NCBI GenBank assembly: GCA_963575745.1
Contig: CAUYUJ010000203.1
Span: 248,001-312,000 of the forward strand
Direction of reading: 5' to 3'
Source of the DNA: Prorocentrum cordatum
Taxonomy: Eukaryota
DNA length: 64,000 bases
Positions 1 through 10,450 of this stretch are shown piece by piece. Within the stretch, counting starts at the first letter, position 1, and every line of letters starts with the position of its first letter. The notes beneath the pieces were generated by a model. The model ran no database searches. It saw only the letters and a list, made by a program, of their open reading frames with translations, and was not told where the DNA came from. The translations under genes were made by a program, and so were the position numbers.

Positions 1-34
1 ATGTAATGAAATGCGTAATGTGCGCCTCTTTCAG

Positions 35-250
35 ATGTCCTGGGGTCTTCTTGGAGACTTCGTGGGCGATAGTGAAAGCCTTGTCGGCCATCTTGAGGCC
101 ATTTTGGGCCGTCTTCGAACGTTCTTGGGCCGTGTTGGAGCCATCTTGGGCCGTTTTGGAGCCATCCTGGGCCGTTTTGGAGCAATCTTGGCCTCGAGAG
201 CGCGATTCATTTTTTTGTGCGCAAACGCAACCCCGCCACCGTGCCTGGGT
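35..250 (-). repeat. Fragment of the CCAAGA/TCTTGG-rich repeat family with its conserved ACCCRGGCACGGTGGCGGG motif
   Basis: TCTTGG-rich subrepeats at 35-195. The reverse complement of 232-250 matches 34466-34484 at 18/19. Confidence 0.75.
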
Positions 251-303
251 TGTTGATATGAGACTTGTGCGGTGATCGTTGGGATCTCTTGGGGGGCTTT
301 TCG

Positions 304-403
304 NNNNNNNNNNNNNNNNNNNNNNNNNNNNNNNNNNNNNNNNNNNNNNNNNNNNNNNNNNNNNNNNNNNNNNNNNNNNNNNNNNNNNNNNNNNNNNNNN
401 NNN
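304..403. other. Assembly gap (100 N)
   Basis: Run of N characters. Confidence 0.99.
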
Positions 404-1729
404 GAGGGGCGAGAAGGAGGCAGCACGTGGGGCGACGGGAAACGGGGCCACCGTCTCCCCCAGACCCCTCCCCTCCCTTTCCGCCTCACGCTCCTCTCCC
501 CTCCTCCTCACCCTCCTCCACCATCCGCCCTCCTGCTTCTCACCTTCCCCCCGCCGCTGCCCACCTTCCTCCTCTTCCTCCTCCTGCCCCGCCGCCGCCC
601 TCCTTCCTCCTCCTCCTCCTCCTGCTCATCCTCCCTCCCCGTCGCCCTCCTCCCCTCCTCGTTCTCTTCCCCCCTCCGCCTTCCTCCTCGTCTCCTCCTC
701 CTCCTCCTCCGCCTCCTCCTCCCTTCTCCCCCTGCTCCTCCTCCTCCTCCTCCTCCTCCTCCTCCTCATCCTCCTACTCAGTATCTTCCTCCACCTCCTG
801 CTCCTCTCCCAATCGGGAAAGAGAGGGGACGAAGAAGGGACCGTCCTGGACGACTCGGGGCTCGCCTCTCGGGAGCGCCCTGGGGTCTCTCCTCCGAAAA
901 GGCGCCGGGTCGGTCGGGGCCTGCTCGAGCCCTATCCGGGAGCGGGAGCAGAAGCGAAACGCCACAGCCCGCCTGTACCCACCAGGGCATGGAGTGACGT
1001 CCTTAGCCTCGCAGATGGTTCGCCTCAGGGCCACGTCATGGTATCGTGGATGATCTTGTCCAGGCGATATGGTGCTCTGTTCGCCTTCTGATTGGAGGCA
1101 GGCACGGGGGGGTTCTTTGAGGTCGCGCGGGGGCTCTGGACGTCCCCCCCGACGTCACGATTTCGTCAACGACGTGGAACCCCAGGATCCTAGACCCATT
1201 CCCCGAGACAAATTTTGTCCCGGGGCTCGGCGAAGGCCCTCAAAGGCCGAACACAGCACAATCCTTGCGTCGTGCCTTTTCCCCCGGTAGCGCGTTGCTA
1301 GAGGGTTCTCCTGGGGCAGGAAAGGATTACAGAAGAGCCCCACAAGGGGGACGGGGAGCCGTAGACCGCCCACTGCGGCAGCTGTTTCGCCCGAGGTTTC
1401 ATCGCACACGATTCAGGAAACGTGCTCTCGCCTCGATGCTGGCTGCACTTTTGGTCTGGGTGGCCACGAGCCCTGGTAGACCAACATGCACGTGGCCGTG
1501 CTCCCACCCCCGTCCCGGGCTGCATCTTCCCTGGGAGCCCCTAGGAATGTATCGGCATGCACGTTCTCGCCCCCGGGCCCCGCTCCTCGATCCCCGCCTC
1601 TTCACCTGTTGCTGCTAGTTCGGGTGCTCTTTGCTGAAATAGAATTCTCACAACGAGGAGGGAGGGGAGGGGGAGGAAGACGTGGGGAGGAAGATGAGGA
1701 GGAGGTGGAGGAGGAGGCGGAGGAGGAGG

Positions 1730-1765
<36 letters not shown>

Positions 1766-2368
1766 AGGAGGAGGAGGAGGCGGAGCAGGAGGCGGAGGAG
1801 GAGGAGGCGGAGGAGGAGGAGGAGCAGGAGGAGCAGGAGGAGGAGAGGAGGAGCTCCCCGGAGCCCAGAGGAACGGCGCGGCGCGGCGCGGCCGTGGCGG
1901 CCCGCGGCGGCGCCTCGCCAACGCTCAAACGGCGGCGTTGCACTCCGACGGGCTGCGGCGACGACCCGCCGGAGCCTGGCGCCGTGCCGCCCGCGGGGCG
2001 CCGCTCCCTCGTCGCGCCCTTCGGGTGGTAACCCAGACAGCGGGCGTCTCGTCAAAAATGAGACGGAGGTTTTCCATCGTTTTGGGCCTCTCGGGGCCCT
2101 CGTCAGGCCTCGGGACAGTCAGAAACGACTCGGGGTGAAAAACCTGTCCTGGGGAAGTGGTCGGGAGGTCGGGGGCCCGGGTCTCGAAAAAATCGAAACG
2201 TCGGATGCCTGGGAAGAGGGGGTGACCGAAATGGGGGGTGGAGAAAGGGGCCCTTTAGGGCCCTTTTCTTCACCCCCCCATGTAGGCCCCTCCACTACCA
2301 CCCTCTCATGTCCTCGGCCCCTCGGCCTCCTGCTTCGGCTGCACACGTCCTCCTCAGCCTCATCCTCG

Positions 2369-2407
<39 letters not shown>

Positions 2408-3511
2408 GCATCCTCCTCGTCGTCTCCGGGGTCCCCTCCTCCTCCTCCTCCTCCTCCCCCTCCTCCTCCTCCTCCTCCTCCTCCTCCTCATGCTGCTGCT
2501 GCTGTTGCTGCTCCGCATCCTCCTTCTGGCCTTCGTTGAACTATCCTTCCACCCATGCTCCTCAGCGCACGGGTCCACTATTCTGATTGCGCATAACACG
2601 ATGGCGCCTTCTGGGGGATTATATGTCCGCTGTGACGCGCCTCGGCGGATAGAGGACAAGTCAACGCGACTAGAAATGATGGGTGGGAGGGGTAGGATGT
2701 CAACCATGGCGAGAGCGCGCGCAGCGTGTCACCCGCCCTCTCCGTGTTCTATCCCGCATCCGCCAAGGCATCTGCATCATCTTCCCAATCATGGTCCTTC
2801 TTCTCCTGATAGCCCTCTATGCTTCCCTTGATCCTCCTCCGTATCGTTGCAGCTGCACCCCTTCTCTTTGGCTGAACACTTTGGCAAGGAACGTGTGCAT
2901 GAGACGACGCGTCAAGAAACACATCGGGGACATTCAGGGGCTGCCTCACTGGGGCCACTTGCCGCCACCTCCTCATGACTGTCTTTCTCCCGCTCCAGCT
3001 TGTTGCGACCATCGCATATTCCTACAATTCTCACCCGTGCTGGTCGGTATGCCTTCTATGGATTGTGCCTCACTGAAAGATCCCGCACCCATCCTCCAAA
3101 CTAACCAACTCTTATGTCAACCGGTCAATGGCAATCGGTCACATGGGGCGCCCCCCCCTCATCAAGGTCTGTAGCCTACGTGCCCAATGACATCCGCCGC
3201 AACATCAGTAGCACTGGCAACAACAACGCGCAACAACGATGCCATACGCACTAGGGGCAACAACACAATCTGCACCAAACCAAATGGTAATGCCGTCAGC
3301 ATCGGCGCGGGCAACAACTATCCACCAACAGACGCACCAGCGGCAAACCAGCAGCTGCAGAAGCAAGAACCTGGGATTCCTTGAGCCCCTCAACAAGCAA
3401 TACAAGAAAGACTTCGTCAAAATACGACAGGCGGAAACTGATAATCATGCGCTCCATCGTCGCAGGGCGTTTTCCCGCCAGGACGAACTTTTCGCGACAA
3501 GGGCGTTTCTT

Positions 3512-4098
3512 CCCAACCATCCTGTGGTGTTGGGTCCTCGTTTTGGAGAGACAGCGCCCCGAGTTCCTGCCCCCGCTGCCCCCTCCCCCTCCTCCCTCCT
3601 CCCCTTCCTTGCCTCTGCCCTCCGCATGTTCTGTTTCATCACCCCCCTCACTTTGGCACACCCCTCGCACGTTTCGTGGCCCCATAGGGAGCTCCATCGA
3701 AGGCGCCAGTGGCAGGGTCCGCATGCGTTCCCCGCCCATGTCGGCACACCCCTCACACGTTTCGTGGCCACATAGGAAGCTCCACCGAAGGCCTCGGTGG
3801 CAGGGTCCTCCTTTGGTTTCCCGCCCTTTTCGGCACACCCCTCTCACGTTTCGTGGCCCCATAGGAAGATCCACCGAAGGCCCTAGTGGCAGGGTCCGCA
3901 TGCGGTTCCCCGCCCATTTCGGCACACCACTCACACGCTTCGTGGCCCCATAGGGAGCTCCACTGAAGGCCTCAGTGGCAGGCTCTGCATGCAAACCCCG
4001 CCCATTTCAGCACACCCCTCACACGCTTCGTGGCCCCATGGGGAGGCCCGTCGAACGATGGACCCAGAAAACAGTATCCACAACTGTTTATGGTTGGG
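3512..4098 (-). mobile_element. Non-autonomous element with CCCAACCAT inverted ends and ~5 copies of an 88-89 bp tandem unit
   Basis: CCCAACCAT (3512-3520) and ATGGTTGGG (4090-4098) are inverted. The unit anchor CACGT/CACGC recurs at 3668, 3756, 3845, 3934 and 4022. Both ends are shared with 19839-21359. Confidence 0.75.
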
Positions 4099-4505
4099 TC
4101 CTTCGTCCGGCTAATTTTGCCACGACGGCATGGCATTCGCACGGCGTTTATCAAAGGAGGGCCTGCGCCAGAGCCACGTCGGCCCAACTTTCTGCACGAC
4201 TGTCCGCCTTGGGCATTGGCCAATTCACTCGCGTGTTCAACGCAACCCAACAATACCTAATGTTCGCAACAAGCCCTCCTCGAAGAGCCTGGGAACTACG
4301 CGCGAATGGTATTCGTCGCCGTCCCGATCCTCGTCCTCGCCGTCGTCAACGGCATCGTCTTCGTCGTCGTCGTCGTGATTCTCCTCCTCCTCTTCCTCCT
4401 CCTCCTCATCCACAAGTCCTCTTCCTTATGAAGAACTCCTCCCTGTCGCACCCCGGGGTTGGTCCAAAAAACGGGCCAGGCGTTTCGCCTGAGACTTCCT
4501 CACCA

Positions 4506-4660
4506 ATGTTCATACCGACGTTTGAATCCTGCAGCAGTTTTACTGATGGAGGGCGGGACGCTTTCAGATTGTCGCCCTCGCTTCCAAGCCGCGCACATTC
4601 GGCTTAATCCAGAGCAAGACGCTTCACGGATGGAGGGCAGGTGCGTTCCAACATGTTGGT
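4506..4660. repeat. 82-84 nt repeat, left flank of the YR retrotransposon (~2 units)
   Basis: GATGGAGGGC at 4545 and 4629, and GCCGCGCACATTCGGCTTAA at 4588. The same blocks recur at 10267-10450. Confidence 0.7.
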
Positions 4661-4989
4661 TCCAGGAAGGGCGTCTGGCTGGGTGTCGGAGACCAGCTGT
4701 ATCTTTCTCTCAGGCACCAGGAAGTTGCCAGAGCGGCAGCTCGGTCAGAGTAAGATTGCGTGTGGCAATACGCAACGCACAAGCACTGGAATCGCGGCTG
4801 GTCCTGACCTGCCAGGACAAAACAGACAGCCATACAATTCGCATGACAAAAAAAAAACACAATTCCAAGACCAAGAACAGGGATGTGAGCGGGCGGTGGC
4901 GGGGGAGAGCTCGGTATTATATGTGTAGATAGATACAAAAAAACAAAACAACAAACAACGAGTGCCTCGCACGCACAACGCCACAACAA

Positions 4990-5900
4990 AAAACCTTTCA
5001 GATGGCACTGTGCCCATTCGCAGTACTGACGATTCGCGGGAGTCAAACGATTGAGAGATCGCTGGGACTTACCAGGTTTTGCACAACGGCGCACATTATC
5101 TCCACACTTGACTCTGACGCGGGACTGTATCTCACTCAAGGTACGGCGGCGCTTCAGCAGATCATCTGAGGCACCGCCGTTGCGCAACTGGTACAACGAC
5201 GCAACAACGCCGAGCTTGGCTGCAGCAGCTTTGAAGAGGCGTGCAACTCTGACGGCGCAACACAAGAAGGAGGGGGCGCCCGGCCGAAACATAGCCTACC
5301 CAGGCCCCCAGGACGTCGCCCAGCCAATCTGGGTAGTCGGTAACGACGGTGTCATCGAAGGTCTGGGTCTCCGACGGCAGCAGCAGCCCCTCCTCAGGCG
5401 CCGCGATCAGAGACCACCAAGGGAGAGCCGCCTCCTCTGATGTCCCTGGTTGGATCAGGCCCCCCGCCGCGGCGCGGAGCACCTCCCCAGGGCGGAAAGG
5501 GGCCCGCGAAGACGGTCTCGGCGCGCAGGGCCGCGGCCCTTTCGCCGTCGCCGACGGGGAGGGCGCAGCTGCGCGACTTGGCCTCGATCGGCAGCGGCAT
5601 TCTGCTGACAGGCGGGACCCGCTTTCTGCATCCCTCGAGGGCTCGCTGGAGCCGAGGGTAGTCGCGGATCTTGCCCGGCAGGGTGCTGTAAAGGAGGCCG
5701 TGCGCCGTCTTCTCGGCGCGGGTGAGCTTCGCGTCGCCCGCCAGGAGCTCGCCCAGGTAGTCGAGCAGGTTGACCTTCAGCTCGCCGTGGTCGTCGGCGG
5801 CCCTGCCTCGGCGCTGCTGCCGCGCGCGGAACAGGTCCTCGAAATCCGCGTGCGCGGCCGCGCCCGCGGGGCTGATGGTCGCGAGCTCGCAGGCGCCGTG
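4990..5900 (-). pseudogene. Tyrosine recombinase (YR) domain, frameshifted
   Basis: Motifs in order: LLDYLGELL...PRLQRALEGCRKRVPPVSRMPLP; FRPGEVLR in an alternative frame at ~5483-5497; PSETQTFDDTVV; SLYQLRNGGASDD at 5161-5196 (LRHG box with H>N); VRRCAKPG, with Cys at the expected catalytic Tyr position. Confidence 0.85.
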
Positions 5901-6149
5901 GACGCCCGCCTGAGCAGGGCGCACGGGCGTCGGGGGCAGCGGCCGCGCAGCAGGAAAGGGGCCGCGGCCGGGCGCCGTCTCGGGGCGCCGCGCCCTCGGC
6001 CGCGGCCCACTGATTGCGCCGCCCGCCGCGGCGCGACCCCCGCGGGGGCCCCGGCGGCCTCGCGGGGAGTCGACGGCGCGGCGGCTTCTTGACAGACCGA
6101 CAGGCTCTGCCCCCGACGTAGGCGCTTCATAGAGCGCAGGCCGCGCCTC

Positions 6150-6770
6150 CGTCAGCCGCTCGAAAAGACGAGACGGAGCATCAGCAGGATTGAACTCGCT
6201 CGGCACCCATCTGAGCGCCACCCAAGAGCCCGTCGCAATCGAGAGGGCCGCCAGGCGTCGGACCAGCTGCAGGCGCCCGAAGGAAGCTGCACGCCCTCTT
6301 GAGAAACAAAGGGCTACGCCGAAGTTGTCAAAAAGGACGAGGCGCCTCTGGTGGAGCTGATGGGGGCCCCGAAGCTTGAGGCACATGCCTTTGATGACAG
6401 CCTTCCCTTCCTTGTTGCCGATGGGCCCCTCGGAACTGTATCTCCCCGCCCTCCAACATTTCCAAGACCGACCTGGGATGGGGGACTGCGGGGCCCCGGG
6501 GGGGCCCGCGCGTGGCCGCCGGGCCATGTCCGAGGGGGCGCCGCCGATCATGTCGAGGTCGCAGGGGCCCGCGTCCGAGGTCACGGCGCCCCCGGAGGGG
6601 GTCCCGGCCGCCAGGGCCCGTCTACGAGGGCCCACTCCGAGGGGGGTAGACGCTGGTATCCAAACCTCTCGTTGCACCGACCCATCTCCCCGACCTCGTC
6701 ACTGGTGAACTTGGCCCCCATCACCCCCCGCCCACTGCCAGAGGCATCGGCTGCGAGGACTGACGAGGAC
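6150..6770 (-). pseudogene. DIRS-type RNase H domain
   Basis: VLAADASGSGRGV, IGNKEGKAVI, LVLFDNFGV..FSRGR and RWVPSEFNPADAPSR fit the DIRS RNase H motifs DAS, E, DN and W.PS..NPAD..SR. Confidence 0.88.
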
Positions 6771-6849
6771 CACGGGCGCCCGAAGTTAACTGAGAGCCAG
6801 GTCCGGCTTGCGCGCGCCAGGGGCTCGCAGCGCACGGATTCCCACGGGG

Positions 6850-8060
6850 GCCCTGGAGCGTCGCGGCAGTCCCGAATGAACGCGTAGGAGGCCCGCAAGA
6901 CCGATGACGCAGGCCGCAAGTTGGGGGCCTCGACGACGCAGTGGCCCAAGAGGCGCACGAGGGTCCTTCCAGGGGCACAACCACTCCGAGCAGCGCGCCG
7001 TGGAGCACCCCGAAGAGTCCAAGCCCACTTGGGCCTGGGCAACACCGCGCGCCTCGCCCCGTCGAACGAGGCCCCCAAGATGTCCGGGGAGGTGGAGGCC
7101 CGAGAGATCTCGGGCAGAACGAAGCCCCCCCCCCAAAAAAAAACAGCGATGTGCTCGTGGAGACTCTGATCAACCCGATCCCGACATCCTGAAGACGGTC
7201 AAGTTGTCACAACGTGGCAGAGCAATGGGATCGTCCGACAGAGGGGGGGCGGGCCAGGAATTCGACATGATGAGCTCCTGTCTAAATCCAGCCTCTCTGA
7301 GCAACTCTGCGCGCAAGGCCTGGGCACTATAAAACGATCGCATCCAGCCCATCGGCTGCGAGAGCAGACAGGGGAAGACGCCCCCCTCCGAGGGCAACGG
7401 CCCCCCCCCGCACATCTGATGTCGCTCCCCACTTTCCTGCAGGGTCAACTGCCGCGGCTCCGGAGCTGAAAAACGCACCGAGCGCAGCTGGCACGCCGCG
7501 CTGGCAGAAACAATTCTGGATGTCCCCCGTCACCATGAAAACAGGGGCGTCTCCGCCGGGGGCCCCGAGGCCGCGCGCGTTCTCAGCCGAGCACATCTCA
7601 GGCTTAGGGGGGTGGCGGAGTAGCTGGTTGACCCTGCGAATATCGCGGGCGAGTCTCTAACGATTCTGTTTCTTTCTGACGATGAACGGCATGATCCCCT
7701 CATTGGGAACCTCGCTGAAACCCGAGATCCCACGCTCGAAAAGGCTTCTCAGGAACGTGACTTCGACATCCTTACCCCCCTGGGTTCGGGCGTCGGTGCG
7801 AGGTCCCTTGGGGTCGCGGCGCAGACGGTGACGGGCAACATCGGCATCGGCCAAAATATTCTCGAGATCGAGACAGCCGCCGAGCTCGGGAGAAACTATA
7901 TTAGTCAAATCGACGGGCGGGACCTGCACCTTGTGCAAGCGCACGTTGGTCGGGTCGCACGGCTCGACCGCGCGCGCAAGCGTCTCGCAGTCCACATTGG
8001 CACCAGCCAACTCACGCAAAGAGGCGTGGCCAGATTGCACATGATCGAGAATCCCCGAAG
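6850..8060 (-). pseudogene. Reverse transcriptase domain, with stops and frameshifts
   Basis: PFIVRKKQNR*RLARDIRRVNQLLRHPP, GDIQNCF, PMGWMRSFYSAQ and LPRCDNL (degenerate YxDD/YxDN box at ~7203-7214) appear in canonical order. Confidence 0.87.
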
Positions 8061-8439
8061 CGGTAGAAGAGAACCGATGCTTGCGAATAACACTGTGCAC
8101 GTACCTGGGGCCGACCTCGGCGCCAGCTCCCCCGCGCAGCGGCAGCGCTGAGAGCTCCCGCGGGCCGCGCCCGAAAAGCAGGCCCAGGCCGTCGACTGCC
8201 CCCTGCGCCAGCGGCAGGGCGCCGAGCCACCGCTCGCGGCGCAGCCGAGACTTCCCCCAGCTGCCGTTCCCAGGGCGCTGGCCACGAGGAGCGTCGGGAA
8301 GGGGTGAGAGACCGCGACTGCGCCGATCTCCTGATGTCTCTTGCCGTCGGCGAGGCCAGGCCCCAGGACGGCGCCGCGCAAAACGGCTGCCCCAGGAGAC
8401 CCCCAGACATCATGCGCATCGCCACCCCCGCTCCCTTCT

Positions 8440-9669
8440 TCATGTCTTGGCGGGGGCTGCGGGTTCTGCCTTGGCCTTCGCAGTCGCGACGCCGGTAGCC
8501 CTGGTCCCCCGAGCCTTCCTATTCTCCTTCAAGATAGCCGTCTCTTTGCTGAGCCCCATCGCAACGTGGGCCCGCCGTAACGGGGCCGTCTGTGCACCGC
8601 CTGCCCGATCGCTGATGCCGAGGTAGTAATCGCCGCCCTCGTAGCTCGGGGCGTCGGGCATCTCGGCCACTGCCTCCTCGCGCAACGTGATCCGCCGCGG
8701 GAGGGGCTCGACCCCCACCGAGTTCTTGACGTCGAGCCCACCGACCGTCTCCAGCAGGTGGACTGCGCGATGGAGGATGGAGTGTTCGTGGGCGGCCGAG
8801 CTGCGTTGCCTCGCGCCCCTGCCACTTCGCCACTCGTCCGCGCGTGCAACCAGATTTGCGACGCCTCTCCTGATAACTGAATCGACCCACGCGGCCCCGA
8901 CGGACGGCCCCAGCAAAGGCGACGGAGGCAGGCCCTCAGCCTGACGCGTGCACGCTGTCATGGGCCCGCCGGCCTCGACCACGGCGCGCTCCGTCGGGGC
9001 CCGTGCCGAGATCCTCGGGTCGCCGCAGAGGAAACTACTGCGAGCAAGGGCCCACTGTGTGATGTCAACCCCCTCCGTGAGCATCTCGAGGCTGGCGACG
9101 GCGCCATCGATGACCGCCAGCGCCCTCGACCCCAGCACCACAGCCCCCGCGGGCAGCGCGAACTCGGCCCCGACGTCGTGGCCGATGTGGGGCTCGGTGA
9201 GGACCCAAGCGCCGCCTGCGGGAGCCAGGCGGGCTCCTCCGGGCGCGGGGGCGACCGCAGGCACGGGCGTCGCCACTGCCGCGGCGCCGCCAGGCGTTCG
9301 AGCGGCCTCGCCCAGCCGCGGGAGCCCGCGGCGGGCTCGCTCGAGGTTGCAGACCGGGTCCGCCTCCGCGAGCAGCTCGCTGATCTTGGCGGCCGTCAGC
9401 GGGGCGCAGGTGTAGAGCACGCTGCCAAGGCTGGGAACTCCACGAGGCCGTGCGCCGATGGTGGCCGAATAGCGGATCCCCTCAATATCCGCGCTGTTCA
9501 GGCTGAGCTGCTCTACGAATACATCGTAATCGGGGAGCACGACAACAGACTCGTCATTCTCCACGCGTGCACCCACCAGCCTCGCATGATGCTCGACAGC
9601 GCCGTAGTGGACCCAGGCTGCGGAGCCTCGGTCCAACACGGCAGCGGCAACGGCTCCTGCCGCCGCCAT
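8440..9669 (-). CDS. Gag-like ORF1 of the YR retrotransposon (~409 aa, uninterrupted)
   Basis: Long complex ORF immediately upstream of RT, ending in VE.L.RR...PSYEGGDYYLG...HVAMGLSKETAILKENRKAR. The gag call is positional. Confidence 0.7.
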   Translation of the reverse strand: MAAAGAVAAAVLDRGSAAWVHYGAVEHHARLVGARVENDESVVVLPDYDVFVEQLSLNSADIEGIRYSATIGARPRGVPSLGSVLYTCAPLTAAKISELLAEADPVCNLERARRGLPRLGEAARTPGGAAAVATPVPAVAPAPGGARLAPAGGAWVLTEPHIGHDVGAEFALPAGAVVLGSRALAVIDGAVASLEMLTEGVDITQWALARSSFLCGDPRISARAPTERAVVEAGGPMTACTRQAEGLPPSPLLGPSVGAAWVDSVIRRGVANLVARADEWRSGRGARQRSSAAHEHSILHRAVHLLETVGGLDVKNSVGVEPLPRRITLREEAVAEMPDAPSYEGGDYYLGISDRAGGAQTAPLRRAHVAMGLSKETAILKENRKARGTRATGVATAKAKAEPAAPAKT

Positions 9670-9674
9670 GGAAC

Positions 9675-10125
9675 TCACAGACTGTCAGTGGACGCCGTGG
9701 CCACGACGCCCTTGCCGCCCCCCTTGCCCCCCTGGACCGAGTCCGCGGGCGCCTCCCCGCCCGACCTCGCGGGCGCCTGAAACCTGCTGGTGATGGCCGT
9801 CCGCGGCGGCGACGGAGCAAGGAAACCCACCACCCCGCGACGGATCAAGTCCTGGGCGACCGCCACCAGCACCGAGAGCGTGACGGCCACGCCCGCGAGC
9901 ACCCCGAGGAAAAAGACCCCCAAAGGCTCGCAGGGGCCTCGGCCGCTGGCAGCGGCGTGGGCCCGCAATGTTCCAGCTGCTTTGCCAGAGCCGCACCGAT
10001 GCCGGGGTCGCCGCGGCAATCAGCGTCGCAATAGCAATGCTGCGGGCGTTCGCGAACAAACTGGCCGAGCGCTGCTCCAGACGCAGCAGCCCCCACTGTG
10101 AGAGGAGCGGCCACGCCTGCCCGAA
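9675..10125 (-). pseudogene. Small upstream ORF0, putative two-TM Cys-rich membrane protein, one frameshift
   Basis: Joining ORFs 9845..10114 and 9675..10019 gives VAAPLTVGAAASGAALGQFV-HCYCDADC-LAKQLEHCGP-GVFFLGVLAGVAVTLSVLVAVA. Confidence 0.5.
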
Positions 10126-10132
10126 GTCCGTT

Positions 10133-10172
10133 CCTGAGCCAGAAAGGACTGCAGAGCCAGATCTACTACAGA
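10133..10172 (-). promoter_or_regulatory. Two overlapping degenerate dinoflagellate spliced-leader-like relics
   Basis: Minus-strand TCTGCAGTCCTTTCTGGCTCAGG aligns by eye at ~17/22 to DinoSL (DCCGTAGCCATTTTGGCTCAAG). The upstream TCTGTAGTAGATCTGGCTC is a weaker copy. Confidence 0.4.
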
Positions 10173-10266
10173 AGACTGCGCAGACATATTTAACACGCCT
10201 CCTCGCGACGCAACTCCCTCTGAGGAATCAACCACCAGCAAAGGAATTATAGGCTCGCGCCTCAAC

Positions 10267-10450
10267 GCCGCGCACATCCGTCTTAAACAGTGCAGCAACT
10301 TCACGGACGGCGGCGGTTCTTGTTTACACATGTGGTAATTGCCTTCGCGCCGCGCACAGTCGCCTTAAGACAGGCAAGAGCTTTACGGATGGAGGGCGGC
10401 TCCTTTTCAACATGCACCTCCAGCCTCAGCGCAGAGCGCATTCGTTCTAA
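10267..10450. repeat. 82 nt repeat, right flank of the YR retrotransposon (2 units plus a partial one)
   Basis: GCCGCGCACA at 10267 and 10349, and degenerate GCAGAGCGCA at 10431; exact 82-nt period. Confidence 0.75.

Larger units (their letters stand above)
4930..10250 (-). mobile_element. Degenerate tyrosine-recombinase retrotransposon (DIRS/PAT/Ngaro-like): ORF0, gag, RT, RNase H, YR
   Basis: Ordered RT, RNase H and YR motifs lie downstream of a gag-like ORF on one strand, with frameshifts and stops in pol/YR. Ends are approximate. Confidence 0.9.

Noticed and set aside
404..2540. Long Pro/Glu/Ser/Leu homopolymer ORFs here and at 13998-15060, 29325-30425, 45484-46896 and elsewhere
   Set aside because: They are translations of (GGA/CCT)n and similar tracts, which are open in most frames.
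10349..10400. 82-nt unit as a twister ribozyme (CGCC-UUAA...GGAGGGCGG resemblance)
   Set aside because: It lacks the conserved P4 stem-loop and pseudoknot partners.
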